Below are positions 53,075 through 62,383 of a stretch of 64,000 nucleotides of DNA, one piece after another. Source of the stretch: Anaerolineales bacterium (lineage in GTDB: Bacteria > Chloroflexota > Anaerolineae > Anaerolineales > RBG-16-64-43). The stretch is taken from positions 8,615 to 72,614 of the forward strand of contig JBEKXU010000007.1 in the NCBI GenBank assembly GCA_049511715.1, read 5' to 3'. The translations under genes and the position numbers were made by a program. The notes under the pieces are model-generated. The model searched no databases. It was not told the DNA's origin and saw only the letters and a list, made by a program, of their open reading frames with translations. How positions within the stretch are numbered: position 1 is the stretch's first letter; each line of letters begins with the position of its first letter.

Positions 53075-55565
53075 CTGGCAGTTGCGGTCCGAGTTCAGCG
53101 AGGTCTTGGGGAACCGAACCGATGAACTGCAACGGGTCCATGACGCAACGCTAGACGCGGACGGTCTGGTCAGCTGTGCCGTGCTCCCGTTGCGGGACAT
53201 GGTCATGTTCCCGCGGATGGTCAGCCCCCTGTTTGTGGCCCGCGAGTCCACCCTGGCGGCCATTGAGGCCGCTCAGGCTGCGGGGGAAACGGTGTTGGCC
53301 CTGCTCCAGCTCGACCCCGAGGTCTCCGAGCCCTCACCTCAGGATCTTCATGCCATTGGAACGGAGACGGCGGTCGGCCGAATTCTGCACATGCCCGACG
53401 GCTCGACGACCGTTCTGGCCCAAGGGCGCAGACGCCTCGCGGTCACAGAGTTCATTCAGACCCGGCCCTATCTGCGAGTGAAGGCTCGCCCGATCTTCGA
53501 GTCCAAAGAGAAGAGCCGTGAGACCGAGGCCCTGATGCGGGCCGTGCTGGCCTTGTTTGAGAAAGTGGTGCAGCTCAACCGTAGCCTCCCGGAAGAGGCC
53601 TACGTCTTCGCGATGAATGTCGAGGAGCCGGGCTGGCTTGCGGATCTGATTGCCTCGGCGTTGGGAATTCCAGTCGCCGAGCGTCAGCAGGTGCTGGAAA
53701 TCATCGATCCGGGCCAGAGGCTGCAACGGATGAGCATTCTTCTGGGGCGCGAACTGGACGTGCTCGAACTGGAGAGCCGCATCCATAGCCGCGTCCAGAG
53801 CGAGGTCGATCGAACCCAACGCGAATACTATCTGCGCGAGCAGATCAAGGCGATCCAGAACGAGCTGGGGGAGGCGGACAGTTGGACCAAGGAACTGGCG
53901 GTGGTCCGCAAGGCCATTGAGGATTCCGGCATGCCGGCGGAAGTTCATGAAAAGGCCCTGAAGGAACTGGAGCGCCTCGCGCAAATGCCCTCCCTGGCCC
54001 CGGAGGTGGCCATCGTTCGCACGTACTTGGACTGGCTCGTGGAACTGCCCTGGAGCAAGGGCACGCAAGACAATCTGGATGTGAAGAACGCCGCCCGTGT
54101 GTTGGATGAGCGTCATTATGGCCTGCCGCGGGCGAAAGAGCGCATCTTGGAATACATCGCCGTGCGCAGCCTTGCGCCCGAGAAACAGAAACAGCCGATC
54201 CTCTGTTTTGTTGGTCCGCCAGGGACTGGCAAGACTTCTCTTGGGAAATCGATCGCTGAGGCTCTGGGCCGCAAGTTCGTGCGGGTTTCGTTAGGGGGTG
54301 TCCGGGACGAAGCGGAGATCCGCGGCCACCGCCGGACGTATATTGGCGCCCTGCCGGGTCGCATCCTGCAGACGATGAGGCGGGCAGCAACGGTAAACCC
54401 TCTTTTCATGTTGGACGAGATTGACAAGCTGGGCGCGGACTTTCGCGGTGACCCCGCAGCGGCTTTGCTGGAGGTGCTGGATCCGGAGCAGAACTTCTCC
54501 TTTGAGGATCACTACCTGGATGTGCCCTACGATTTGTCCAAGGTCATGTTCATCACTACGGCGAATATTCTGGCTCCTGTGCCACCGGCCCTTCAGGATC
54601 GGATGGAGGTCATCGAGTTCCCAGGGTACATCGAAGAGGAGAAACTCGCGATTGCTCGCATGTTCTTGATCCCACGGCAGCGCAGCGAAAACGGGCTGGA
54701 GAGGGAGAAACTTACGCTGCCCGACGCGACGATCCGGCGCATCATCCGCGAGTACACCTGGGAAGCCGGGGTGCGCAATCTGGAGCGTGAGATAGGTCGC
54801 GTCCTGCGGAAAGTCGCGCGAAAGAAGGCGGAGGGGCAGGAGATCCCGCACAGAATAGGCTTGGCCAGCGTCCCGCGATTTCTGGGCCCGCCGCAGTTCT
54901 TCCTGCTTGAGGCGGAAAAGAAGGACGAGGTGGGGGTTGCAACGGCTCTGGCCTGGACAGAAGCGGGCGGGGACACGATGCCGGTCGAGATCGCCCTCCT
55001 GGAGGGCAAGGGGAACCTTCAGATTACCGGCCAGGTAGGGGAAGTCATGCAGGAATCGGCCCAGGCGGCCATATCCTTCCTGAAGACGCGCGCCCGGCAG
55101 TGGGCGATTGATCCTCAGCGGTTCGAGAAAACGGATGTGCACATCCACGTTCCCGAAGGGTCCATTCCCAAAGACGGACCCAGCGCAGGAATAACGATCG
55201 CCACGGCCCTCATCTCGGCCTTTACTGGGCGTCGGGTCCATAGAGAAGTGGGCATGACGGGCGAGATCACATTGCGCGGCAGGGTCCTCCCCGTTGGGGG
55301 GGTGCGTGAAAAGGTGCTGGCCGCGCATCGGATCGGCCTCAAAACGGTCATTTTGCCAGCCCGGAACGAAAAGGACTTGACCGAGGTGCCGCAAAAAGTG
55401 CGAGACGAACTGACGATCAAGCTCGTCTCGCAAATGGACGAGGTGCTGGCCGTCGCCATACACCCGCCGGACGACGGCCATTTGAAGGGCCGCGCCTCTC
55501 GCGCTGCGCGACGAGCCACAGGCACCCGGCGGGCCCCGCGAAGATCTGCCCCGACGACTCACTAG
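53052..55565 (+). CDS. lon: ATP-dependent Lon protease
   Basis: LON N-domain, Walker A GPPGTGKTS, catalytic Ser in PKDGPSAGIT, Lys in GGVREKVLAAHR. ATG 53052 follows SD AGGAG and overlaps the folC end by 23 nt. Confidence 0.95.
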   Translation: MSGPDFRDWQLRSEFSEVLGNRTDELQRVHDATLDADGLVSCAVLPLRDMVMFPRMVSPLFVARESTLAAIEAAQAAGETVLALLQLDPEVSEPSPQDLHAIGTETAVGRILHMPDGSTTVLAQGRRRLAVTEFIQTRPYLRVKARPIFESKEKSRETEALMRAVLALFEKVVQLNRSLPEEAYVFAMNVEEPGWLADLIASALGIPVAERQQVLEIIDPGQRLQRMSILLGRELDVLELESRIHSRVQSEVDRTQREYYLREQIKAIQNELGEADSWTKELAVVRKAIEDSGMPAEVHEKALKELERLAQMPSLAPEVAIVRTYLDWLVELPWSKGTQDNLDVKNAARVLDERHYGLPRAKERILEYIAVRSLAPEKQKQPILCFVGPPGTGKTSLGKSIAEALGRKFVRVSLGGVRDEAEIRGHRRTYIGALPGRILQTMRRAATVNPLFMLDEIDKLGADFRGDPAAALLEVLDPEQNFSFEDHYLDVPYDLSKVMFITTANILAPVPPALQDRMEVIEFPGYIEEEKLAIARMFLIPRQRSENGLEREKLTLPDATIRRIIREYTWEAGVRNLEREIGRVLRKVARKKAEGQEIPHRIGLASVPRFLGPPQFFLLEAEKKDEVGVATALAWTEAGGDTMPVEIALLEGKGNLQITGQVGEVMQESAQAAISFLKTRARQWAIDPQRFEKTDVHIHVPEGSIPKDGPSAGITIATALISAFTGRRVHREVGMTGEITLRGRVLPVGGVREKVLAAHRIGLKTVILPARNEKDLTEVPQKVRDELTIKLVSQMDEVLAVAIHPPDDGHLKGRASRAARRATGTRRAPRRSAPTTH

Positions 55566-55704
55566 ACCAGCCGTATGGCTTGCCTTCCTGCTCCAGGGTC
55601 CGAATTGGCTCCGGACCTGAGCCCTGTTGCCCGCGGGGCATCAAGAGGCGCTGGAAGAACTCGCCGAGCCGTGGGGGGGAACAGATACTCAAGGACGGCC
55701 GAAA

Positions 55705-56517
55705 ATGCCCAAGCGCCTGCAGGGGAAAGTGGCCCTGATCACTGGAGCCTCCTCGGGAATCGGCCATGCGACCGCGATTGCCTTCGCCGAGGCCGGCGCG
55801 CACGTGATCCTCACCGCCCGGCGCCAGGACCGGCTTCGGGACCTTGCCTCGTGGATCCAGAGGCAGCCGGCGGCACCGGAAGCGTTGGCAATTGCAGGGG
55901 ATCTGCTGCGGCCAGAGGATATTTGCGGCATCGCGGCATCGGCCCTGGCCTGGAAAGGCCACGTGGATTTCCTGGTCAACAATGCCGGATTCGGCCGCTT
56001 GCGCTGGCTCGACGAGCTCGAGGCGGTCCACGACATCGAGGAGCAGATCTGGCTCGGCCTGACCAGTTGCGTTTTGCTCACGCGCCAAATACTGCCGTCC
56101 ATGATGGCTCAGCGATCCGGCTGCATCATCAACGTCTCCTCGCTGGCCGGACTGCTCGGGATCCCGACTGACAGCGTTTATTCGGCGGCCAAATTCGGCC
56201 TGCGCGGATTCGGGGAAGCCTTGGGCAGGGAGGTGAAGGGGCTGGGCATCCATGTGTGCACTTTTTGCCCGGGTCCGGTTGCCACAGAGTTCGGATCCCA
56301 TGCCGGTCGCAGAGCGGAAACGGCGGTTTGGGGGGCCTCCTTGTGGCGCCTGTCGGCTGAGCCGGTAGCGCAGCGGATTGTGGGCTTGGCAACCCATCCA
56401 CGCCGCCTCGTTGTCTGGCCCCGGACAGCTCTCCCCATTGTCTGGCTGAACACATTGTTTCCCGGACTGATGGATTTGCTCGTGGATCACTTCTATGTGC
56501 GGCGCATCCGCCGGTGA
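55705..56517 (+). CDS. SDR-family oxidoreductase
   Basis: Cofactor motif TGASSGIGHA, NNAG, catalytic YSAAK. ATG 55705 gives the standard N-terminus MPKRLQGKVALITG. Confidence 0.85.
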   Translation: MPKRLQGKVALITGASSGIGHATAIAFAEAGAHVILTARRQDRLRDLASWIQRQPAAPEALAIAGDLLRPEDICGIAASALAWKGHVDFLVNNAGFGRLRWLDELEAVHDIEEQIWLGLTSCVLLTRQILPSMMAQRSGCIINVSSLAGLLGIPTDSVYSAAKFGLRGFGEALGREVKGLGIHVCTFCPGPVATEFGSHAGRRAETAVWGASLWRLSAEPVAQRIVGLATHPRRLVVWPRTALPIVWLNTLFPGLMDLLVDHFYVRRIRR

Positions 56518-56606
56518 TCCCTCGGGGCAGGCCAGAAGAGCCTGCCATCAGACCGGAGAGGAGGGGGCCCCTTGTGCGCACTCGCCAGCGAGAATCGGCC
56601 TCAGCG

Positions 56607-56636
56607 TTGTGAGAGCCGGCAGGGCCCTGCTATAAT
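56607..56636 (+). promoter_or_regulatory. sigma-70-type promoter for tRNA-Thr
   Basis: TTGTGA (56607-56612), 18-nt spacer, consensus TATAAT (56631-56636), ending 9 nt before the mature tRNA 5' end. Confidence 0.6.
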
Positions 56637-56645
56637 GAGCTTGGC

Positions 56646-56718
56646 GCCACGGTAGCTCAATCGGTAGAGCAATCGCTTCGTAAGCGATAGGTTGCGGGTT
56701 CGATTCCCACCCGTGGCT
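56646..56718 (+). tRNA. tRNA-Thr (anticodon CGU)
   Basis: Hand-folded cloverleaf. Acceptor GCCACGG/CCGTGGC (7 bp), D arm GCTC-AATCGGTA-GAGC, anticodon arm ATCGC-TTCGTAA-GCGAT. T arm GCGGG-TTCGATT-CCCAC has one C:A mismatch. Discriminator T; CCA not encoded. Confidence 0.85.
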
Positions 56719-57050
56719 CCTGGGCCTGGAAATCCCAAACAACGTTTGCAAGGAGGACACCCAAAACCCTCCCGAGCCCGGGAGGGGGAGGGTGATGCGT
56801 GCCACTACCACAGGTGCTTCGTTCGCCCTTCCATCCGACCACCTGGAAGGAGGCCTTCTTGGTGCCGCCCACCCAGCGCAGTCTCTTCCGCCCAGGTCGT
56901 TCCCCAGGGAATCTGGCAGCACGTCCGATTTCCCACTCAGCCTCCTAAGCCTCATCGGGTCCTGCGAGGTCGCCTTGACGGGGCTGGAGTTGGCGGTAAG
57001 ATACCTTGTGACCGTAATTCCAATATGGTCATTGGGAAACAGGATCGCCC

Positions 57051-57653
57051 ATGCCGAAAGCGTTCAGCGAACGGGAGAAGGAGTTGATCCGCAAGCGGCT
57101 CATCGCGGCGGGCTACAAGCTTTTTTCCGCCTACGGATTCAACAAGACCAACGTTGAGGAACTGGCCGGTGCGGCCAAGATCTCTAAAGGGGCCTTCTAC
57201 CTTTTTTATGAGTCCAAAGAAGTCTTTTTCATGGATGTCGCCGAATTGGCGGAAGGACGATTCCGCGAAGAACTGCTCGCCACGATCGATTTGCCCGGAC
57301 CTTCGCCCCGAGCCCGCTTGTTGGCCGTTTTCCAGAAGGCGTTTGCGCTCCTGAAAACGATCCCCGTTCTGCAGTTTTTCACGAGCCGTGATTATGACGT
57401 ACTCTTTCGCCGGATGCCTGCAGAAAAGCTGCAAGAGCATTTGGCGAGCGATCAAGTGTTCTTCGAAGAGCTGATCACCCGTTGCCGGAGCGCGGGGATA
57501 CCCATCCAGGTGCCGCCCGAGCAGATCATCCGCTTGTTGTATCCGCTCGTGGTAACCACCTGGCATGAGGAGGATTCTGCCTCCAACAGCTACGGTGGCA
57601 GCGTCGATCTGCTTCTGGAGTTAATCGCGGCTTACTGCTTGGGTGAGGTCTAG
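57051..57653 (+). CDS. TetR/AcrR-family transcriptional regulator
   Basis: N-terminal HTH (LFSAYGFNKTNVEELAGAAKISKGAFYLFYESKEVFF) and a 200-aa all-helical layout, upstream of an ABC exporter. Confidence 0.8.
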   Translation: MPKAFSEREKELIRKRLIAAGYKLFSAYGFNKTNVEELAGAAKISKGAFYLFYESKEVFFMDVAELAEGRFREELLATIDLPGPSPRARLLAVFQKAFALLKTIPVLQFFTSRDYDVLFRRMPAEKLQEHLASDQVFFEELITRCRSAGIPIQVPPEQIIRLLYPLVVTTWHEEDSASNSYGGSVDLLLELIAAYCLGEV

Positions 57654-57709
57654 GCCGTGTTTCAAGGGAGGATCTTCCCCGGGCGGAATCCGGAAGAAGG
57701 GAGCCACGT

Positions 57710-58639
57710 ATGAGCTTGGCCGTGGAAACAGTGGACCTGGGAAAACACTACGGAGAGGTCCGGGCCGTCGAGCACCTTTCTCTGCGGGTCGCCGAAGGGG
57801 AGATCTACGCTTTTCTGGGACTCAATGGCGCCGGGAAAACCACCACGATCCGCATGCTGCTGGGGATGATCAAACCCACCACCGGATATGCCAATGTGCT
57901 TCAAACCCGGGTGCGTCTGGGAAGGCGGGAGCCCTGGGAATCCGTTGGGTATCTCGTGGAGATCCCCCACAGCTATCCGGAGCTGACCGTCCAGGAAAAT
58001 CTGGAAGTGGCCCGTCGCCTGCACCCCGGCACCCCAGAAGGCGCCGTGGGTCGGATCATCGAACGCATGGGGTTGTCGGACTATGCTAGCCGGCGAACAA
58101 GCCACCTTTCGCAGGGTAATGCTCAAAGGCTGGGACTGGCCAAGGCGCTGCTTCATCGTCCCAAACTGCTCTTTCTGGACGAGCCAGCCAACGGCTTGGA
58201 CCCGGCCGGCATCGTCGAAATCCGCGAGCTCCTGATGCAATTGACCCGCGAACAAGGCATGACGGTCTTCATGTCGAGCCACATCCTGGCGGAAGTTGCG
58301 CGGCTTGCCCAGCGCATTGGGATCATCCACAAGGGGCGGCTGCTTCAGGAATTGAGTATCGAGGAGGTGCAACGGAACCGCCGCAGGCGTCTTTTTCTGC
58401 GGGCACGGAATCTGGAGCGCGCCCAGCAGGCGTTGACCGCCGCAGGGCGGCCCGCGGAAATCCTCCCCGAAGGCCGTCTCGAGCTCAAGGACGCCTCTTC
58501 TGTGGAACACCCGGAAGACATCAGCTGCCTCCTGGTTCAGGCCGGGGCCCCGCCCACGGAGTTGGTGGTAGAGGAGGAGGAACTGGAGTCGTATTTTCTC
58601 AGGCTCGTCGGACTGGATCGGGGACGGCAAGATGAATAG
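57710..58639 (+). CDS. ABC transporter ATP-binding protein (ABC-2/DrrA-like subfamily)
   Basis: Walker A GLNGAGKTT, signature LSQGNAQRL, Walker B LLFLDEP, H-loop SSHIL. SD GGGAG 7 nt upstream. Confidence 0.9.
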   Translation: MSLAVETVDLGKHYGEVRAVEHLSLRVAEGEIYAFLGLNGAGKTTTIRMLLGMIKPTTGYANVLQTRVRLGRREPWESVGYLVEIPHSYPELTVQENLEVARRLHPGTPEGAVGRIIERMGLSDYASRRTSHLSQGNAQRLGLAKALLHRPKLLFLDEPANGLDPAGIVEIRELLMQLTREQGMTVFMSSHILAEVARLAQRIGIIHKGRLLQELSIEEVQRNRRRRLFLRARNLERAQQALTAAGRPAEILPEGRLELKDASSVEHPEDISCLLVQAGAPPTELVVEEEELESYFLRLVGLDRGRQDE

Positions 58640-59411
58640 CCTTCCGGACATGCTTTGGATAGAGTTGCGAAAAGCCGTCCGCTCTGGGATGCCCCTCTGG
58701 ACCGCACTGGGATCCTTGGCTATGCCTTTGGGGGTGGCCTTCTTGATCTTCGTCTCCAAGAATCCGCAGATCTCCCAAAGCCTTGGCCTGATTAGCGCCA
58801 AGGCCAATCTGCTGGCCTATTCCGCCACGGACTGGCCAATCTACCTGCGGTTGTCTGCCGAGATCGCCGGAGTCGGAGGGTTTCTCTTGTTTATCTTGGC
58901 CATCAGCTGGGTGTTCGGCCGTGAGTTTGCCGATGGCACGGTGAAGGATCTGCTGTCGGTGCCGGTTCCGCGCTCAAGCATCCTCCTGGCGAAGTTTGTT
59001 GTGGTGGCCCTCTGGTCTGCGCTGCTGACCGTGGTCATGTTCATGATCAGCCTTTTCATGGGTGAAATCATCAGACTCCCAGGAGGCTCCGTCCATGCCC
59101 TCTTGCAGGGCGGAGTTCTGGTAGGGGTAACCGCCGGTCTGGCCTTGGCCGTGACTCTTCCCTTTGCGCTTATCGCCAGCGTGGGACGGGGATACTTGTT
59201 GCCCATTGGTTTGGCGATCTTGACGCTGATAATGACCAACGTCGTGACGATCGCGGGGTGGGGCGAGTACTTTCCCTGGGCGGTGCCTGGACTCTATGCG
59301 CAGGGGAAAACCTCCCTGACGCCGGTCAGCTGCGGCATCGTACTCCTGACCGGCCTGGCGGGCCTGATGGCGACCTATCTTTGGTGGAAGTTTTCCGATC
59401 AGGCCACCTAG
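58632..59411 (+). CDS. ABC-2-type transporter permease
   Basis: 259-aa protein with ~6 hydrophobic segments. 8-nt overlap with the ATPase gene. Confidence 0.7.
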   Translation: MNSLPDMLWIELRKAVRSGMPLWTALGSLAMPLGVAFLIFVSKNPQISQSLGLISAKANLLAYSATDWPIYLRLSAEIAGVGGFLLFILAISWVFGREFADGTVKDLLSVPVPRSSILLAKFVVVALWSALLTVVMFMISLFMGEIIRLPGGSVHALLQGGVLVGVTAGLALAVTLPFALIASVGRGYLLPIGLAILTLIMTNVVTIAGWGEYFPWAVPGLYAQGKTSLTPVSCGIVLLTGLAGLMATYLWWKFSDQAT

Positions 59412-59761
59412 AGACCGGGCTCGCTGGCCACCGGCCCGAGCGTGGGCGAGTAGGCGCTGCTCCTGCCCGGAGGCCTCGGTGCTGCGCTTCTGGCATTCGC
59501 CCTCACTCAGGTCGAAGGTCAAGGCGCATGCCGCGGCTGAGGCGGGCAGGATGGCGTAGGGCGATTAGGTTGCCGAGGACCTGACCGCGAGCGTCTGGGA
59601 GCCGTGCGCCTGGGTTACAACTCTGGGCAGCGGGAGCGAAGGAAGGCAAGGCGCGGGCCAGGATCCTCTTTATCCGCTGAAGGGCCAGACGGGGAAGGGG
59701 GTGAGGGCGAGATTCTGCCCTCCCAGGGCGCGCAGCCAAAGCGGCCGCCCTGTGGGGTGGG

Positions 59762-59767
59762 TATAAT
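59762..59767 (+). promoter_or_regulatory. -10 box candidate placed for a leaderless udk mRNA
   Basis: Consensus TATAAT at 59762-59767, with the udk ATG at 59774 (6 nt between). There is no SD sequence and no clear -35. Confidence 0.35.
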
Positions 59768-59773
59768 GGCCGC

Positions 59774-60412
59774 ATGAGCGAGTTCAAGTGCATCACGATC
59801 GGCATTGCCGGCGGCTCGGGCTCGGGCAAGACCACCGTGGCTCAGGCGATCCTGGGAGACACCGATCCGGGGGCCGTAGCCTACCTGCCGCACGACGGTT
59901 ACTACAAGAATCTGAAAGACCTGACTGGGTCCCGTCGCGAGCTGGTCAATTTTGATCATCCCGACTCGCTCGACACGGCTCTCTTAATTGAACATCTCAA
60001 GGAACTCAAATGCGGACGGGCGATCGAAATGCCCGTCTACGATTTCACTACCCACTCGCGAACCCAGGAAACGCGAGTGGTCGATCCCCATCCGATTCTG
60101 CTGGTCGAAGGGATCTTGATCTTTGCCGATCGGTCGTTGCGGGATCTCTTCGATATCAAGATCTTCGTGGACACGGACCCGGATATCCGCTTCATCCGGC
60201 GCCTGGAGCGTGACATCAGCGAACGCGGGCGCACACTCGAAGCCGTCATCCGCCAGTATCTGACCACGGTTCGGCCGATGCATCTCGAATTTGTCGAACC
60301 GTCCAAGCGTTATGCCGACGTAGTGATCCCGGAAGGCGGGTTCAACCGGGTTGCCCTCGACATGGTGATCGCACGCATCCAGGATATGCTCAGCCACATT
60401 CCAGCGCCGTAG
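59774..60412 (+). CDS. udk: uridine kinase
   Basis: P-loop IGIAGGSGSGKTT, YHDSYY-like PHDGYYK, NFDHPDS, RRLERDISERGR. Confidence 0.9.
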   Translation: MSEFKCITIGIAGGSGSGKTTVAQAILGDTDPGAVAYLPHDGYYKNLKDLTGSRRELVNFDHPDSLDTALLIEHLKELKCGRAIEMPVYDFTTHSRTQETRVVDPHPILLVEGILIFADRSLRDLFDIKIFVDTDPDIRFIRRLERDISERGRTLEAVIRQYLTTVRPMHLEFVEPSKRYADVVIPEGGFNRVALDMVIARIQDMLSHIPAP

Positions 60413-60445
60413 GATCGCCTTCCTCAGCTTCCCATTCAGAGAACC

Positions 60446-61240
60446 ATGCTGGTCTTCATCAAACTCGGCGGCTCCTTGATCACAGACAAATCGAGGCCCA
60501 AGACTCCGCGGTTGGATGTTCTGCAGCGGCTGGCGCAGGAAGTGGCCTCGGCCCGGTCCCTAGCGCCAGAACTGAAGATCCTCCTGGGTCACGGTTCGGG
60601 GTCGTTCGGACATGTTGAGGCGGAGCGGCACGGAACTGTCCGCGGCGTGAAGACTCCGGCCGACTGGTTCGGTTTTGCGGAGGTTTGGCAAGTTGCCGAT
60701 TTGCTCTCGCGAATGGCGGTGGACGCCTTCAGCCGGGAGGGCATCCCGGTGGTGCGCTTTTCTCCCTCCGCAGGGGGGATGGCCGAATCTGGGCGCGTTG
60801 CGGAGATGCTGAGCGAACCCATCCGTGCGGCATTGGATGCCGGTCTCGTGCCCGTGGTCTATGGTGATGTGATGTTCGACCGGGAGCGAGGGGGCACGAT
60901 CGCTTCCACGGAGGACGTCTTTGTGTTCCTGGCGCAGCAGCTTAGACCCGACCGGATCCTGCTGGCAGGGATCGAATCCGGAGTCTATGCCGACTTTCCC
61001 CGGAGGACGCAGATCCTCGCCCGGCTGACCCCGGCCACGTGGGAGGAACATCGCCATGGGGTGGGGGGCAGTTCTGAGGCGGACGTCACCGGTGGGATGG
61101 CTGGGAAGGTGGAGCTCATGCTTGAGTTGGTCCGGAAATTGCCGGCCTTGGAAGTTCTGATCTTCTCGGGGCAGGAACCTAGAGCCGTCACCTCAGCCCT
61201 GCTGGGGAAACCCGTGCCCGGAACATGGATCTCGCTGTGA
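60446..61240 (+). CDS. isopentenyl phosphate kinase (amino-acid-kinase fold)
   Basis: MLVFIKLGGSLITDK and the GHGSGSFGH motif characteristic of IPK. ~264 aa. Confidence 0.75.
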   Translation: MLVFIKLGGSLITDKSRPKTPRLDVLQRLAQEVASARSLAPELKILLGHGSGSFGHVEAERHGTVRGVKTPADWFGFAEVWQVADLLSRMAVDAFSREGIPVVRFSPSAGGMAESGRVAEMLSEPIRAALDAGLVPVVYGDVMFDRERGGTIASTEDVFVFLAQQLRPDRILLAGIESGVYADFPRRTQILARLTPATWEEHRHGVGGSSEADVTGGMAGKVELMLELVRKLPALEVLIFSGQEPRAVTSALLGKPVPGTWISL

Positions 61241-62205
61241 GGGCAACGGCCACCGCCCATCCGAATATCGCGTTCATCAAGTACTGGGGAAACCGAGACG
61301 AGAACCTGCGGCTGCCGGCCAATGGGTCCATCTCGATGAATCTTGAGTCCCTGGCGACCCGGACCACAGTCGATTACCCGGAAGGGCTGGGTGCCGACGA
61401 GGTGTGTTTTGCAGGACGCCCAGCTGGACCCGAGATGTCGGCGCGCGTCGTCGATCATCTGGGGCGCATTCGCACCCTGGCAAAGAGCCCTCTCTTTGCG
61501 CGCGTCGACACGGACAATAATTTTCCTTTAGCCTGCGGCATTGCCTCCTCGGCCTCGGCATTTGCGGCCCTCACCTTGGCCGCCTGCGCTGCCATTGGCC
61601 TAGCGCTCGACCAGAAAGAGCTTTCCCGCCTCGCCCGGTTGGCCTCGGGTTCCGCCTGCCGGTCCATTCCCGGCGGGTTTGTCGAATGGCAGCCGGGGTC
61701 AGGGGATTCGGATTCCTTTGCGACCAGTCTTCTTCCGGCGGGGCACTGGAACCTGACCGATCTAGTCGTCGTCGTCGACCGACAACCAAAGGCCGTGTCT
61801 TCGTCCGAGGGTCACCGCTCGGCCTGGAGCAGCCCGCTCTACCGGTTACGCGTCGACTCTGCCCCCTCACGGTTGGAGGCCTGCCGCAGGTCCTTGTTCG
61901 ACCGGGACTTCACGGCGCTGGCTGAGATCGTCGAAGAGGATTCCCTTTTGCTTCACTCCGTTCTCATGACCTCCACTCCTCCGCTGGTCTACTGGAAGCC
62001 CATTACGGTCGAGATCATTCAGTATGTTCGCCGGTGGCGAGGCCAGGGCCTCCCGATCGCATTCAGCGTTGACGCCGGAGCGAACGTCCACTGCTTGACC
62101 CCGGGAGAATCCGCGCAGGAGGCTTTGGGCCGATTGCAGCAGATCCCCGGTGTCCTGGAGGTGCTCCAAGCCGAACCAGGCGGCCCGGCCGCGCTAACCG
62201 GGTAG
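61225..62205 (+). CDS. mevalonate (di)phosphate decarboxylase family protein (GHMP kinase fold)
   Basis: AHPNIAFIKYWGNRDENLRLPANGSISMNL and GIASSASAFAAL. 16-nt overlap with the IPK gene. Confidence 0.85.
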   Translation: MDLAVRATATAHPNIAFIKYWGNRDENLRLPANGSISMNLESLATRTTVDYPEGLGADEVCFAGRPAGPEMSARVVDHLGRIRTLAKSPLFARVDTDNNFPLACGIASSASAFAALTLAACAAIGLALDQKELSRLARLASGSACRSIPGGFVEWQPGSGDSDSFATSLLPAGHWNLTDLVVVVDRQPKAVSSSEGHRSAWSSPLYRLRVDSAPSRLEACRRSLFDRDFTALAEIVEEDSLLLHSVLMTSTPPLVYWKPITVEIIQYVRRWRGQGLPIAFSVDAGANVHCLTPGESAQEALGRLQQIPGVLEVLQAEPGGPAALTG

Positions 62206-62329
62206 TCGTGCCTTCCCCGAGTTGACTGGCGGGGCCCGAGGAGATGTGAGCCCGGCCAGGTGGCCCCCGGGGGGAGCCAAGAAAGTACCGTGGCCAGAGG
62301 CCGGCTGAGAGAAAATCCCCTGAGCGCAG

Positions 62330-62338
62330 TGATATAAT
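62330..62338 (+). promoter_or_regulatory. extended -10 promoter candidate for rseP
   Basis: TGATATAAT (TGn plus consensus TATAAT) 46 nt upstream of the rseP ATG. Confidence 0.45.
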
Positions 62339-62383
62339 TCGCCTAAAAAGGGTCGTGATTTCTAGTTGGCGCTGGAGAGTGTC

